A DNA stretch of 64,000 nucleotides from Chiloscyllium plagiosum (GCF_004010195.1 NC_057719.1:89247204-89311203), one strand, 5' to 3'. Shown: positions 1 to 14,091, counted from the stretch's first letter. A program made the numbers and translations. The notes: generated by a model from the letters alone, not told the origin.

Positions 1-1029
1 CTAGCATCCTTCTTGGGCAGGGAGCTGAGGGTCTCCTATATTGGTCTCTTCCTAGTGCAGGATACCCAGGATCTGCTAATGCCCGTTTAAGAGAGCAAAT
101 TGGTTGTTGAAGCTACATAAAAGCCTGTGCAGATAAAAGCACAGCACAATGAATGTTTCTGGCATGGCACTGGTGTCTCCTGTTTACTGGTCAAGAGAGT
201 GAGAAGCCTTATTTGCAGCAATAACCACCTTCACCCAACCCCAATCCCCACCATTCCCGTAATTTTTTCCTGCAATTAAAAATGAGGAAGGTGGGTGAAA
301 GAGCAGTTAGCAGCATGATGCATAAGCAGGAGACATGTGAGGTGTCCTCAGTGAATGAGTAGGCAGTATCACAAGACAGGAAGGATTAATAGTTTGAGAG
401 GTGGAGTGATTGAGAGACCCTGAGCAGACATGATGCATGCAATAGTTAGAGTTGTAGTCCATGAGCCTAGGTGAGGTGAGTGACCAGTAGCAGTATTAGA
501 ATGTCCTGTGAATGTGAAGGAGCAGAAAGAAGACAGTAGCATTTTTGCAAAGAACAGAAAATCATCTTTCTGCACTGCTGGGCACCCCATCTGACTCAGG
601 ACATAACATTGACTCAGAATGAAATTTCTATCTGGGCTGATTGAGTGTATAGGTGTAGCATGCTTTGTCAGTTAACAGGGAAAGAAACAGATGCTTGATT
701 TGGGGAGACAGCTTGCCTTTCCTTTGTGACATTTCTAAACTTCAGGGTAGAGAAGAGTAGTTTGAGGTTTAGTCCCTGGCTTGCAGCATCTGAAGTGGTG
801 GCTTTAAATATGGTACCAGAAACATGGATGGCAGATAAGCATGTCAGGGTGTTCACTGTGTAATTCCCTGAGAAACGTACCCCATAACTTGGTTGCATAA
901 TTACTGAGGCAAAAGATTGCATGAGAAAATTTATCCTGGACCATGGTAAGTGATTCACCATGGAACTCATTTATCTTCCTCCGTTAAGCAAATAGGAAAA
1001 TGTATACCCTCAGTGATATTAATAGGGGT

Positions 1030-1563
1030 GTAGAAAGACATTGTGTTAAACCCATATGATGAGGCCTCAACTGGGGTACTGAATCCAGTTCTGGGCACCA
1101 TACTTATATTACAAGATGATTAGGGGGTTAGATAGGGTTGACAGTGTGAACCTTTTCCCGCGTATGGAGTTGGGTATTACAAGGGGGCATAGCTTTAAAT
1201 TAAGGGGGGTAGATATAGGACTGAATTTAGGGGTAGGTTCTTCACTCAGCGAGTCGTAAGTTCATGGAATGCCCTGCCAGTAGCAGTGGTGGACTCTCCC
1301 TCTTTATGGGCATTTAAGCGGGCATTGGATTGGCATATGGAGGATAGTGGATCAGTGGTGCTGGAAGAGCACAGCAATTCAGGCAGCATCTGACAAGCAG
1401 CAAAATCGACGTTTCGGGCAAAAGCCCTTCATCAGGAATAACGGCAGAGAGTCTGAAGCGTGGAGAGTGGGCTAGTGTAGGTTAGGTGGGCTTGGATCGG
1501 CGCAACATCGAGGGCCAAAGGGCCTGTACTGCGCTGTATTCTTCTATGTTCTATGTTCTATGT
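1030..1563 (+). mobile_element. CR1/HER1 LINE 3' end (young subfamily) with nested Penelope-derived insert
   Basis: RGHSFKL...FFTQRVV...WNALP coding tail and (TTCTATG)n end; nearly identical to 39495-39822 and 44115-44380. Confidence 0.85.
1351..1465 (-). mobile_element. Short Penelope-derived insertion with minimal hammerhead core
   Basis: Minus strand CTGATGAagggcttttgcccGAAAcgtc. It splits the CR1 consensus, with candidate TSD agtgg (1346-1350 / 1466-1470). Confidence 0.7.
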
Positions 1564-1574
1564 AAGCGGATGAC

Positions 1575-2020
1575 CAGAATTGCTCGCAATACTTCAAAAA
1601 TGTCCTGCACAGCTGCAACATGATGTCCCAACTCCTGTACTCAATGCTCTGACCAATAAAGGGAAGCATACCTAATGCCTTTTTCACTATCCTATTTCTA
1701 CTTTCAATAAACTATGAACCTACACTCCAAGGTCTCTTTGTTGGTCCCCAGGACTTTACCATTAAAGATATCATTTCTGACCTGATCTGCCTTTCCAAAA
1801 TGCAGCACCTCACATTTATCTAAATTAAACTCCATCTGCCACTCCTCAGGCCATTGGCACAGCTGATCAAAATCCCATAGTACTCTGAGGTAATCTTACT
1901 TGCTGTCCACCACATCTTCAGCTTTGGTGTCATCTGCAAACTTACTAACTATACTTCCTGTGTTCACATCCAGACCATTTACATAAATGACGAAAAACAG
2001 TGGACCCAGCACCGATCCTT
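1575..2020 (-). mobile_element. CR1 LINE RT fragment
   Basis: Minus strand GPLFFVIYVN...SKFADDTK...WQMEFNLDKC motifs. Confidence 0.8.
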
Positions 2021-2930
2021 GAGTGCTGCCAAAGTACCACCAACACGTCTCTTGCCCCACAAGATGACTGAACTGTTACACAACCATCAAAGATGTCTAT
2101 CGCTCCACACCCACCCACACTTTGGAAAATCAGATCATGGCGCTGTGATTGTCTTCCCAACTTATAAGCAGAAGCAGAAGCTGAAACAGAAGGATCTTCA
2201 CGAAAGGAAATACAGTGTTGGTCTGAGGCCGGGAAAAACCTCTTCAGGATTACTTGGAATTGGTGTATTGAACCGTATTCAGGTAGTATCTTAGAATCTC
2301 TACAGTGTGGAAACAGGCCCTTCGACCAAACAAGTCCACACCGACCCTCTGAACAGTAACCAACCCAGACCCACTCCCCTTTACTCTATATTTACCCCTG
2401 ACTAATGCACCTAACCTTCACATCCCTGAACACAATGGGCAATTTAGCATGGCCAATTCACCTGACCTGCGCATTTTTGGATTGTGGGAGGAAACGGAAG
2501 CACCCGGAGGCACAGGGAGAATGTGCAAACTCCACACAGACAGTTGCCTGAGTCTGGAATTGAACCCGGGTCCCTGGCGCTGTGAGGCAGCAGTGCTAAC
2601 CACTGAGCCACCGTGTCACCACTTAGCAAAAAATGTAGACGAGTACGCCCCCGCCATCATGGAGTTCAATAACAAATAAATGTAGAGGACTGCATGCCAA
2701 AGAAATGAATCCGAGTGTTCCCCAACCGTAAACCTTGGATGAACCATGAACTCCACTTCCTACTGAAGACTAGATGGCCAACTTGTATGTCAAATGGCCC
2801 AGACTCATTCAGGAAATTCAGATAAGACCTCTGCAAATCCATTAGGGTTACCAAGAGGCAGTACCAGACCAAGTTACAGGCGCAAACCTATCAGACAGAC
2901 TTGCACTACCTACGGCAAGGCCTAAACAAT
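2020..2930 (+). mobile_element. Rex1/Babar-like LINE fragment (endonuclease C-terminus and linker), split by HE1
   Basis: PHFGKSDHGAV..., CVEDCMPKK.IRVFPNRKPWMN motifs, homologous to 61799-62460. Confidence 0.65.
2290..2620 (-). mobile_element. HE1-type tRNA-derived SINE
   Basis: Minus strand A box gtggctcagtgg, B box ggttcaattcc, V-domain-like tctgtgtggagtttgcacattctcc, CR1-like 3' tail. Confidence 0.85.
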
Positions 2931-2994
2931 CTGAAGCCCACCTAACTCACTCTATTTCATTTTCATCCATATGTTTATCCAATGACATTTAAAT

Positions 2995-5410
2995 GACAGT
3001 GACTAAGCTGCAGCTCCACCTTAAACTCAATGCTCATGCATACTGCAAGGAAGGAACCTTTCTTTGCGAAGCAGAGGCTGTTTGAGCATAGTGATAGGTC
3101 AGGCAAATACTTGGCATTTTTGGTCAGGAAGAAGAATGCCTCCCAGTCTGTTGCTTCTACTAGGGAAGGGAATGGGACTCTCACAATGCTAAAAAGATCA
3201 ATGAGGGGTTTCGGAGATTTTACTCGGAACTTTACCAGTCTGAATGCTGTGAGGACAGATGGGATAAGATAGAGACTTTTTTTTAGGAATTTGGATCTTC
3301 CTGGTGTGTCTCCTTAGTGCTCCGTTAATAGCCCAAGAGAAAGAATTTGTAAACATACTGTCAGGACCGATGCTAGACATATCGTCGGGATTGCCTCCTG
3401 CCATCCTTGAGAGAGGCTAATATCTCTCTTATCCTCAAGAAAGGGAAGACCCCAGAAGACTGTGCTTCTTACAGACTCATCTCACTTTTAAACTGATTTT
3501 AAAATTTTATCAAACACTCTGACATTGGGGTTGGAAAGGTGTTGCCCTCTATTGTTAAAGAGAATCAGAAGGGCTTTATGAAGGGTCACAGCTCTTCTAA
3601 TAATGCTAGGAGACTGCTTAACATGATTCATGTGTGCCAGCAATGGTCAGTTCAAGGGTTGGTGATTTTCTTGGATGAGGCAAAGGCATTTGACCAGGTG
3701 GAATGGCCGTATCATTTTTGTGCCCTTGAACGGTTTGGCCTTGGTGAAGTGTTTACTAGATAGGTGAGGCTCCTTTACAGTCCTAATGGTGTGAGGTCTG
3801 ATAATTTTAACATTGGTAGGGCAATTGGCAAGGCTGCCCCCTTTCACCTTTGCTCTTCACATTGGTGATTGAGCTGCTGGCGGAAGCCATTCGTGGGGCC
3901 CTTAATATAGCTACCCAAAGTTAGGGTCAAAGGTGCATAAGATCACATTAAAAGGCAGATGATGTTCTAATTATTCTTTCGAATCCGGCAGTTTCGGTGC
4001 CTATTTGATACAATGTATTAGTTCATTTGGCTTTTTCTCAGGCTACAAGATCAATTTTTCAAAATCGGAGGCCTAAGGGGGGATCTTTGGGGAATACCGG
4101 ACGTAGGTTCCCCTTTAAGTGGGCACAGGGAGGCTTGCTTTATGTGGGCCTCTCTGTTACCCGTAGTTTTGATCAGTTATTCAAGGCTATGCCTAAGGGG
4201 GGATCTTTGGAGAATACCGGACGTAGGTTCCCCTTTAAGTGGGCACAGGGAGGCTTGCTTTATGTGGGCCTCTCTGTTACCCGTAGTTTTGATCAGTTAT
4301 TCAAGGCTACTTTTGTTCATTTGTTTGACAAGATTAAACAAGACCTTCTAAGATGGGGGCCCTTCCAATATCATGGCTAGGTCAAGTTGCTCTTATTAAA
4401 ATAAATGTTCTTCCTCACTTATTGTACCCTCTGTAGATGTTTCCCTTGCTTTTTCCTAGACAAACGCTTCAGAAATTAAATGGTTGGTTTAGTTATTTTA
4501 TTTGACACCATAAGCAGCCGTTTATCAAGATTGCGTAATTGCAAATGCCCCAGAGATTGGGGGGAGTGGATCTCCCAGATGTCAGAAAATATCAGTTGAC
4601 CTTCCTTCTATCATTTGTGAGTGATTGGTCCTGTGAGGACTCGGCGTCGATGCAGTTGGACGTTGAGGCCTCCCAGGCAAAGTGTACTCTTATTAACCTG
4701 TTGTTTCTGGACAAAATGAGGATAGTTGAGGAACATTGCCACAATCCAATAGTTATTAATACTGTAAAAGCATGGAGGGCAATATGTGTAAAACATCTTT
4801 CCATACTCCTGTAATTGGTATGCCAGGTTTCTGGCCAGGGACAATGGATTCTGGGTCTAAGTCCTGGGCGGATAGGGGAGTCTCTTGTCTGGGTGACCTG
4901 TTTGAAGATGAAACGTAAATGTCATTTGATCAAATAACTCATAGGTATGGATTATCAAGTAGGGACTTCTTCCGTTTTGTTCAGATCAGAGATTTTATCT
5001 GTAAAGAGACTATGCTTCTTACTGAGCATCCTAGATCTGACACGGAAAGTGGGTGCTTCAGGTTACAAGCACTCTTTCAGTGAATACTCTCTATCATTTG
5101 TTGGGGGGAGTTTCCTCAGGTAACATCGAGTGATTACGGCAAGAATTAGGAAGAATTTCGAGCAAACATGAGTTTAATAATTGATGCTGTCAAAGGTTGA
5201 GAGCTGAAGTCTTGTTATGCTGAGCAGCGTTATTTATTTACTTATTTATTGATGTGTAATAAGTGCAGTTGTGAGTTCTTTTGTACAGTAGTTTAGTAGT
5301 TGGTTTATTGTTTATTGTTGTTATTTCTGTTGTTAGAATGTTATATTTTCATATTTTCATAATTTTACAAATTCGTAAAGAAAAATTTTCTTCAATAAAA
5401 ATATTTTTAA
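2995..5410 (+). mobile_element. Tx1/L1-clade LINE ORF2 3' portion, degraded
   Basis: FEHSDRSGKYLA, ENQKGFMKG, LDEAKAFDQVEWPY, GGVDLPD motifs; T-rich 3' UTR, aataaa and A-rich end at ~5395-5410. Confidence 0.8.
4071..4310. repeat. 120-bp tandem duplication inside the L1/Tx1 element
   Basis: 4071-4190 and 4191-4310 differ at about 2 positions. Confidence 0.95.
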
Positions 5411-5870
5411 GGAAATGACAAACGGCAGTGGCCCCAAAACAGATTATTGTGGTACACTTCTAGTAACTGAACTCCAGGATGAATATTTCCCATCAGCCAC
5501 TACGCTCTGTCTTCTTTCAGCTAGCCAATTTCTGATCCAAACTGCAAAATCACCCTCAATCCCATGCCTCCATATTTTGTTCAATAGCCGACTGTGAGGA
5601 ACCTTATCAAATGCTTTATTGAAATCCACATACATCACATCAACTGCTTTACCCTCATCCACCTGTTTGGTCATCATCTCAAAGAACTCAATAAGGTTTG
5701 TGAGGCACAACCTACTCTTCACAAAATCGTGTTGACTATCCCTAATCAACTTATTCCTCTCTGGATGATTAAAAATCCTATCTCTTATAACCTTTTCTAA
5801 CACTTTACCCACAATGGGAGTAAGGCTCACTGGTTTATAATTACCAGGGTGGTCTCTACTCCCATTCTTG
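5411..5870 (-). mobile_element. CR1 LINE RT fragment
   Basis: ORF 5444-5830: CLTNLIEFFE...VDVMYVDFNKAFDKVPH. Confidence 0.9.
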
Positions 5871-6239
5871 ACAACCTTAGTTGGTAATGAGTCAAGAAAG
5901 TCCTCAATGGATCTTCCTCCCAGAACTTAATTAAGTGAAGGGGTCTGACTCTCAACAGGACCATCTCACACAATTATTTCCCCTTCTTGCCACCGTTCTC
6001 GCCATCTCCAAGGAGGGGAATATTCTGCTAACTGAGTTGCTCAGCACAGTAGAATTTAACCTACTGAGTCTAGATCAATACTTTTGAAGACCAATGCAGT
6101 TAGTTCCACCGCCCCCTTCCTCCACTCCCCCACCCCCACCAAAGTAAATGCCCCTGTAGCTTTTCTCTGAGCACTATCCAATTTTCTGTTAAATCTGTTC
6201 CTACCACGGTGACTGAGGAGACTATTAAAATCTTACTTC

Positions 6240-6545
6240 AGCTTTTTGAGGACATAGTTCTGGCTGATGCTGCAATGCAATACTGAAGGAAGGCTGTTCT
6301 GTTAGGGGTGTAATGTACCCTCTCAGGAAGAGAACAAAAATCACATGGCCCCTTGTGAGCAAATGAATTCTCAAAGCACCCTATCAAATATTTACATCTT
6401 GGCCAACACCAGTAAAAAAATAAGATGATGTTGTTATTGCTTTGCACAAAGTGATGTTTGTATTATCTATGTTACAACAATGACTGCACTTCAAATTGGC
6501 ATGTCTTGAGATGTGAAAGGTGATATTAAACTAGACATCTATTCT
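6240..6545 (+). mobile_element. Old SINE remnant, DeuSINE/SacSINE1-like (tentative)
   Basis: Resembles, from memory, the Deu-domain and 3' end (acaacaatgactgcacttcaaa...gtgaaaggtgatattaaa). Confidence 0.4.
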
Positions 6546-8036
6546 GTAATTTTCATAGAGGAGGCAGCCACATGTGGCATTAAGCATACACGTGATAACA
6601 TCTATCCTCTTGATAAATCTATCCTCTTGATAAAGCAAACCAGCATCCCCTCATTGGTCAGTGCATTGAGGATAGGAGTTGGGACATCATGTTACAACTG
6701 TACAAGTCATTGGTGAGGCCACTTTTGGAACCCTGCATTCAATTCTAGTCTCCCCGCTATAGGAAAGATGTTGTTAAACTTGAGAGGGTTTAGAAGAGAT
6801 GTTGCTAGGATTGGAGGGTTTGAGCTGGAAGGGGAGGCTACGTAGGCTTGGATGTTGGAGGCTGAGCTTCTTGGATTGAAAAATCATGAGGGGCATGGGT
6901 ATGGGGATAAGTATGTAATGGGGACCAACGGAATGAGACAATTTCTAAGTGAGTGACACTGAACATTTAGTGGGAATTCAAACCAAAAGGGCCTGAGATG
7001 TGCTAATTATGATTTTAGTGTAAGAAATAAACTCTCAAGAGTGACAGGTGTGTCGGAGAAGATAAAAAGATCGGAATATATAGGAGCAGATTTAAGCCAT
7101 TCAATCTATCGAATCTGCTGTGTGGTTCAATCATGGCTGATATGTTTCTCAATTCTATTCCCTTAAAGAAGACAGAGAGTTCAGATAAGGGGGGTGTTTT
7201 CAGGAATGACAGCTAACAACTATGGAATGCCTCAGGAATCAGTGTTCTGAAGTATCAAAGTGACCTCATTGAAAGAACAAGATTCTTAGGAGACTTGACA
7301 GGATAGATGCATATTGTTTCCCCTTGTGGGAGAGTCTAGGACCACAGGGTATAATCTTGGAATGATGGGTCACCCTTTTAAGACAGAGATAAGGAGAAAT
7401 TTCGTTTCCCAGAGGGCAGTGAATTTGTGGAATTTATTACCACACAGAACTATTTAGATTGGGTCATTAAGTATATTCAAGGCTGAGATAGAAATATTTT
7501 AATCTGCAAAAGTATCAAGGGTTGTAGGGAAAAGACAGAAAAGTGGAGTGAGCATTATCAGATCTTCAACCATGATCTCATTGAATGGATGAGCTAATTT
7601 GATGGGATGGATAGCCTGCTTCTTGCTTTATGGACCATGTCTTATGGACTTAAGTCAGAATACTGTGTGACTTGGAAGAGAAATTGCAAGTGATGGTGTT
7701 TCCATGATTCTGTTACATTTGTCCTTTTAGGTGATAGAGATCAAAAGTTTGGAAGGTGCTACTGGAGAAGCATTGCAAGGTTGCTACAATGCATCTTGCT
7801 GATGCAAACATTGCTGTCTACAGCATTATACAGAGCTGAACTTTATGTGTTGGTGATAGAAGGTGTGAATATTAAAGGTAATGAATAAGGGTACCAATCA
7901 AATGGACTGCTTTGACCTGCATTGTGTCAAGCTTTGTGAATGTTATTGAAGTCTTACTTATGTTAGTTATCAAAATTGAGAATCATGGAATAGGAGAATC
8001 AAGTGTTACCTTAGATTAAAAAGAATGGTTTTAAAG

Positions 8037-9175
8037 TTGACAAGGTTCCCCATGGGAGACTGGTAAGCAAGGCAAGATCTCATGGAATACAGGAAGAACT
8101 AGCCATTTTGATACTGAACTGCTCAAAGGTAGAAGACTGAGGGTGGTGGTGGAGGGTTGTTTTTCAGACTGGAGGCCTGTGACCAGTGGACTGCCACAAG
8201 GATCGGTGCTGGGTCCACTGCTTTTTGTCATTTATATAAATGATTTGGCTGATTTGTATGGTTAGTAAGTTTGCAGATGACACCAAAATTGGAGGTGTCG
8301 TGGACAGCGAAGAAGGCTACCTCAGATTACAACAGGATCTGGACCAGATGAGCCAACGGGCTGAGGAGTGGCAGATGGAGTTTAATTTAGATAAATGCAA
8401 GGTGCTGCATTTTGGAAAAGCAAACCTTAGCAGGACCTATACACTTAATGGTAAGGTCCTAGGAAGTGTTGCTGAACAAAGAGACCTTGGAGTGCAGGTT
8501 CATAGCTCCTTCAAAGTAGAGTTGCAGGTAGATAAGATAGTGAAGGCATTTGGTATGCTTTCCTTTAATGGTCAGAGTATTGAGTACAGGAGTTTGGAGA
8601 TCATGTTGTGGCTGTACAGGATGTAGATTAGGTCACTTTTGGAATATTACATGCATATTTCTGGTCTCCTTCCTATCAGAAAGACGTTGTGAAACTTGAA
8701 AGGGTTCAGAAAAGATTGACAAGGATATTGCCAGGGTTGGAGCATTTGAGCTATAGGGAGAGGATGAATAGTCTGAGACTGTTTTCCCTGGAGCATTGGG
8801 AGAAGTGACCTTATAGAGGTTTATCAAATTATACGGAGCATGGATAGGATAAATAGACAAAGTCTTTTCCCTGGGGTGGGGGAGTCCAGAACTAGAGAAC
8901 ATAGGTTTAGGGTGAGAGGGGAAAGATACAAAAGGGACCTAAGGGGTAACTTTTTCATGCAAAGGGTGATACATGTATGGAATGAGCTGCCAGTTGAAGT
9001 GGGGGAGGTTGGTATGATTGCAGCATTTAAAAGGCACTTGGATGGGTATATGAATAGGAAGGGTTTGGAGGAACGTGGGCCAAGTGCTGGCAAATGGGAC
9101 TAGGATACCTGGTCCGCGTGGATGGGTTGGACTGAAGGGTCTGTTTCTATGCTGTACATCTCTATGACTTTATGA
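8037..9175 (+). mobile_element. 5'-truncated CR1 LINE, present only in the left arm of the inverted duplication
   Basis: ORFs 8240-8626 (SKFADDTKIGG) and 8840-9103; the empty site is visible in the paralogous arm near 24520-24530. Confidence 0.9.
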
Positions 9176-10944
9176 CATGAACAGACAGATGTTTAAATGT
9201 TTGATTTTCACACTGTGGGCAGTTGTCTTCTCTATGTTCTATGTTCTATGAATAGGAACGGTTTGGAGGAACGTGGGCCAAGTGCTGGCAAATGGGACTA
9301 GGATACCTGGTCCGCGTGGACGGGTTAGACTGAAGGGTCTGTTTCTATGCTGTACATCTCTATGACTTTATGACATGAACAGACAGAAGTTTAAATGTTT
9401 GATTTTCACACTGTGGGCAGTTGTCTTCTACAAGGCTCATTTCCAGTGTGATTGATTTTAGTGTACATTAGATAATGATATTGGAATATTAAGCAATAAT
9501 TCCAAAGATGCCAAACTTAAAAGTAAGGCAAACAGTGAGGATGCCAGCTGCAACAGGATATAGATGGGCTAACGGAATGTGCAAATAATGCATCAGACAG
9601 ATAGAAATCAATGCAAAGAAATGTGAGGTGTTGCATATTGTGAACAAAAAGAAAGGAATTTGAGACTTAATGGTGCAGTTCTCAAGACTTTGCAGGAAAA
9701 GAAGAACCTTGAGGATTGAAAGGATATTGAGAGAGTGATTATGGCAGGATATGGGATCTTAGGCTTCATAAATAAAGCTTTAAGTACAAAGACAGGAAAC
9801 TACACCAAACCTTTGTGAAACCCTGGTTTGGCCCACTGCTACAGAATTGCATCTAATTCTGGTCAACATACTTTAGAAAGAAGGCTACTTCAAAGGTATA
9901 CAGAAAATAAAACAGAATGGTACCAGAGATGAGGAATTTTAGCTACATAGTTAGAGAAACTCAAAACAAGGGAGATTTTGAGGAATACTGATAGTAATGT
10001 GCAAGATTATGAAATATTCAGATAAAGTAGGGAGGGACAGTTATTGTATACTACAAGGACTAATGGACAAAGATTTAAGGTGTAGGGCATGAGATGCATG
10101 TGAAGGAGGAGAGCAAAGTATTTGCCACTCAAAAGGGTGATGGACGCAGCGACAATCAATGATTTTGAAAGAAATCTGTGCAGAACCTGAAGAAAATGAT
10201 GCTGATAGAGCCTGGAAATCAGACTGACTGAATCCACCGACAAAAATGTTGTCATGTGCTCAATGCTCCTTCTTCTGTGATGTAGTGACTTAAACTTGTG
10301 AGTCTTCATTGAAATATTATAAAATGGCATGGGAGTCACAAGGTTAACACAACAAGTCAAACAGGAAACAGCAGTGGCTGTCAGTTGACAAGAAGATCTG
10401 ATGAAGCTGTAGAAGGACTAGGTTCAGCCTCATTCATTTTTATTTGCATCACTGATTAAAATATCACTTTCTTGTTTCAAAGCCCACATATTTATAACAA
10501 ATTTGGGATTTAAAATGTGATCCAACAGTTCTAAGCTAAAAACATGGTACAAAAATTGATAACTTGGTGTGCCTTATAATCATTTAAACTGGAAGAGATT
10601 GGACGGTGAGAATATAACAGGAGCATGCAATGATTTTAATATTGTTGTGCATTTCATATAGAACACTGAATTAGATTTTACTGATATGTTGTGGCAGTCA
10701 AATGATTCACAATGGGTACAGTGACAGGACACACTGTGGGAACAATGGGAGCAAAACACTCAGAATACTGAGACACACAGGAGAACTGCTGATTACAGGG
10801 ATGAGAGACTGGGAAAATGATTGATATGGAGAAACTACGGTGGAGAACAGCAGAATATGGGGAAGATGTTAGGAATTTGATTTCGAATACAAAGATGGGT
10901 ACCTGATGCCTAGTTCATATTTGGGTCTCAAGTCCGGGTTGCAT

Positions 10945-11216
10945 GACAGTGTGGAAACAGGCCCTTTGGCCCAACAAGTCCACATCAACCCTCTAAAGAG
11001 TAACCCACCCAGAGCCATTTCCCTCTGTTTAATGCACTGTGGGCAATTTAAGATTGGCCAATTCACCTGACCTGCACATCTTTGGATTGTGGGAGGAAAC
11101 CCACGCAGGCACAGAGAGAATGTGCAAACTCCACACAGACATGGAGGCTGTACTCGACCTTGGGTCCCTAGCACTGTGAGGCAGCAAAGCTAACCACTGA
11201 GCCACCGTGCCACCAA
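10945..11216 (-). mobile_element. HE1 SINE with 5-bp TSD
   Basis: TGCAT at 10940-10944 and 11217-11221; empty site in the paralogous arm at ~23330. Confidence 0.9.
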
Positions 11217-12299
11217 TGCATCTGCCTTGCTGAGAGGTTTTAATTCTGTTGAGGTTGCCGTAAATGGACAACTGGCAAGTTTGGTACCCAATTAGAGTGC
11301 TGCCGGGTGTCACAAACTGATGGCTGAGCACACTTGGTAAAATCGGACAGCAACCAGGAACTTGATACTGATTTGTGGAGCACTGAAGGTCAGACCTGAG
11401 AGGGTCAGCAGCTTCACAGCACAGAGAAGTGGCCAAACCAACATTCCAACATGTCAACAGCTTTCATCAGGCTACAAGGGATATTCACTTTTTAGAAACT
11501 TGGCTACTTTTCTCAGAATACGTAATAATCATTAAACAATTTTTTTTTTAAATCTAGAGAGTAAAACTCAAATACAGCTTCTCAGCCCAGAGGCTTCAGA
11601 GCACACAGACTTCTGATCAAAATCCGAGTCAAAACCAGTTAAGTCTATAGTTTATCATTCTTTTTCAACATTCTCTGTGATTGGCTAACCAGCACTGGCC
11701 TCCCTCTGATTGACCAATGCAACATCCAATTCCCAGTCTGCCAGTCCATGAGTACAACACATCCTGATGCTGACATGTCTGCAGTGTTATTAGAACAGTA
11801 ATTAATCTGCAATTATTTTTCTAGGCCAGTGGCCATAAACAAACATTAGCTTATTTGCTCTCTCTGCATTTCTGAAACAAGCTGTTGCTCTCAGTTCAAA
11901 GTTTGGTTTTCAACTTCAGCACAGAGTTCCAAACCAAAAATGAGAAGAATGAAGAAAAGCAGTAATGGTCTTAGTACTGGTTTATAGTTAATAGAAAGAT
12001 GAAAGTAAGCTAAAGTTAAAGTAGGTAAAGTGATTTGAAAGTTTAAGGTTAAGACATGATAAGATAACTGAGCTAAGAAGCATGCGCGTCAAGTGGCACT
12101 GTTCCTGATTGAGACCAGACAGTTGAGGGACATGTCACTGGCTGCATAACCAGGAGCTCTAGGTTTTGGAGCTCTAACACTGGCCAAAGTCACTGAGATG
12201 GTTACATGAGGTAGAGAACTACATGGACAGCATGTTCAAAGGGTTGACCATCACACTGCAGGTTAGGGACGACCGACTGAAAGAAGACTGAAAGCTGTG

Positions 12300-12970
12300 T
12301 TAGCCACTGACCCAGAATTAGCCACAGTAATTGTGTTACACCAAGCCATTCAAGGTGGCTATCAATGCAAGTGATGTGGGTGTCGATGCTGTGCACTTGC
12401 AGGAGGGCTCTGAGAAGATAGAAAGACCTATTGGGTATTTATTCAGGAAATTGAACATTCATCATGCAGAAATATTCAACAGTTGAGAAGGAGACTTTGA
12501 GCTTGGTGTTGGAATTACAACATTCCAGTAACATATCTGAGATAATAATATACAATGACCATAACCCCTCAAAGTTTGTGGAGAAATCTAAGGACAAACA
12601 GCATTGAGAGAGATTTACTCTGTATCTAACCCTGTGCTGTCAGTCCCCTGGGAGTGGTTTTTGGGGATAAATGCACATTTCCAATGTATCAAACCCCTTA
12701 TTGTAACTGTCCTGAAAATGATTGATGAGGTGGCTGGATATTTATTTTGGAACATAGAAACAGGAGTAGACCATTCAGCCCCTTGAGCTTGTTCCATCAT
12801 TCAATGGGATCATAGCTGATCTGTAGCCTCACTCCACATTCACTACATGGCCCATATCCCTCAATATCTTCACTTGCCAGACTGTTCAGATGGAGCTTGT
12901 TGTTACATATTTAATTTTAAAATTGTGCATGTGGCAGGACGAGAAAATGTCATTGCCAATGCATTGTCGG
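12300..12970 (+). mobile_element. Gypsy/Ty3 LTR retrotransposon RNase H fragment (interrupted 12600-12875)
   Basis: KPFKVAINASDVGV.AV, YSTVEKETL, DHNP, RWSLLL, GRENVIANALS motifs. Confidence 0.8.
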
Positions 12971-13060
12971 AGTTCGAGGTGTATTGTAGAGTATTAACAA
13001 TTCAGGGTTAAGGGGTTTTAAAATGAATATTGATGGTTCATTTAATTTTAAGGAGGGAGG

Positions 13061-13683
13061 TGTGATGAAGCTGCTCCTTTCACAAGGTTATGTTAATTTT
13101 TACAGACAGGTCGTAAAAGACACAGACTCTGAAAAGTCTAAGTTGAAGGGTTTTAGGGCCAATTTGATTATAGCTAACAGGTACTGCCTCAGTCAAAAGG
13201 CTTCCAAGTTTTTAAAAAAGCACTTGTACAGTGAAAGGGGAGTGGCCAGTTCTCCCAGCTCAGCTGTTGTCTGGTTTGGTTTAGTTATAGCACAGTAATC
13301 CTAAAAAAGCTGCTGGACCCAAAAGAACCAGCTCTGTGCTGATATCTCTCTGACTTCTCTCCTGTAAGACCCTGCGATTGATTTTACCTTTTGTACCAAA
13401 GGGTGTTTATGGGGATTGTCGCAAGTATTTGGAACAGCATAATTAGGTTGGGATGATCTGTTGGGTTTTCAGATAGGTTAATGTATTCTATATTCTGTTC
13501 TTTTTAATTTGTGTTTCATTCGGTAATCTTTTAAACAAATTCTATTTTGTTTAAAACTGAATGGTTTGACCAACTGCATCTCTCCTGGAATATCCGCATC
13601 ATATCTGCTTAAACAACCACCAAAGTCAGGGTCTGGGCTATTTTCTTGAAATGTTTTGAGGGGATCTGGCCCGGTCCATAACA
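13061..13683 (+). mobile_element. 3' LTR of the Gypsy-type element
   Basis: Polypurine tract aaggagggagg immediately before TGTGATG...; ends ...CATAACA (TG..CA termini with short inverted repeat); lies downstream of the RNase H fragment. Confidence 0.7.
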
Positions 13684-14091
13684 CATCTGCGGTAAAATAA
13701 TTAGTCTGGGTTCCATACTACCATTTCTCTCCCACATCTCTGCTTCAATCCCCATCTTTCCCATTCTTCACATCTCTCTCTCTCTCTCTCTCCCACGCAC
13801 TCCTCCCCCCCAAGGTTTATCTGTCTTCCTCTCTCAGTGTGTGGGACTGGGACTCAGCAAAGGAGGGGATATTGTTCATGATGAAGACACAGAAGGGGAC
13901 ATTTTATATCCAGTGGGAGGGGGGTCAGGGAGGAACAATAGAAAGGGGGCAGTTTGGGGGAGGGGAAATTACACCAGACGTAGCAGGAGGGCTGAAATTT
14001 TGGAGGAATCACATTTGGAAAGAGGTGCAAAAAATAGTCAGGGGGCAGTAGTCAAGGGAACATAAAATCTGAGTGGGGCAGTAGTGGGAAG

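Larger units (their letters stand above)
7530..12240 (+). repeat. Left arm of inverted segmental duplication
   Basis: Reverse complement matches 22325-25000 in colinear blocks; ORFs 11029-11457(-) and 23092-23388(+) share an almost identical 80-aa translation. Confidence 0.9.

Noticed and set aside
780..952. Consensus donor CATG|GTAAGT at 945
   Set aside because: No convincing open, recognisable exon upstream; 1-1000 is left unannotated.
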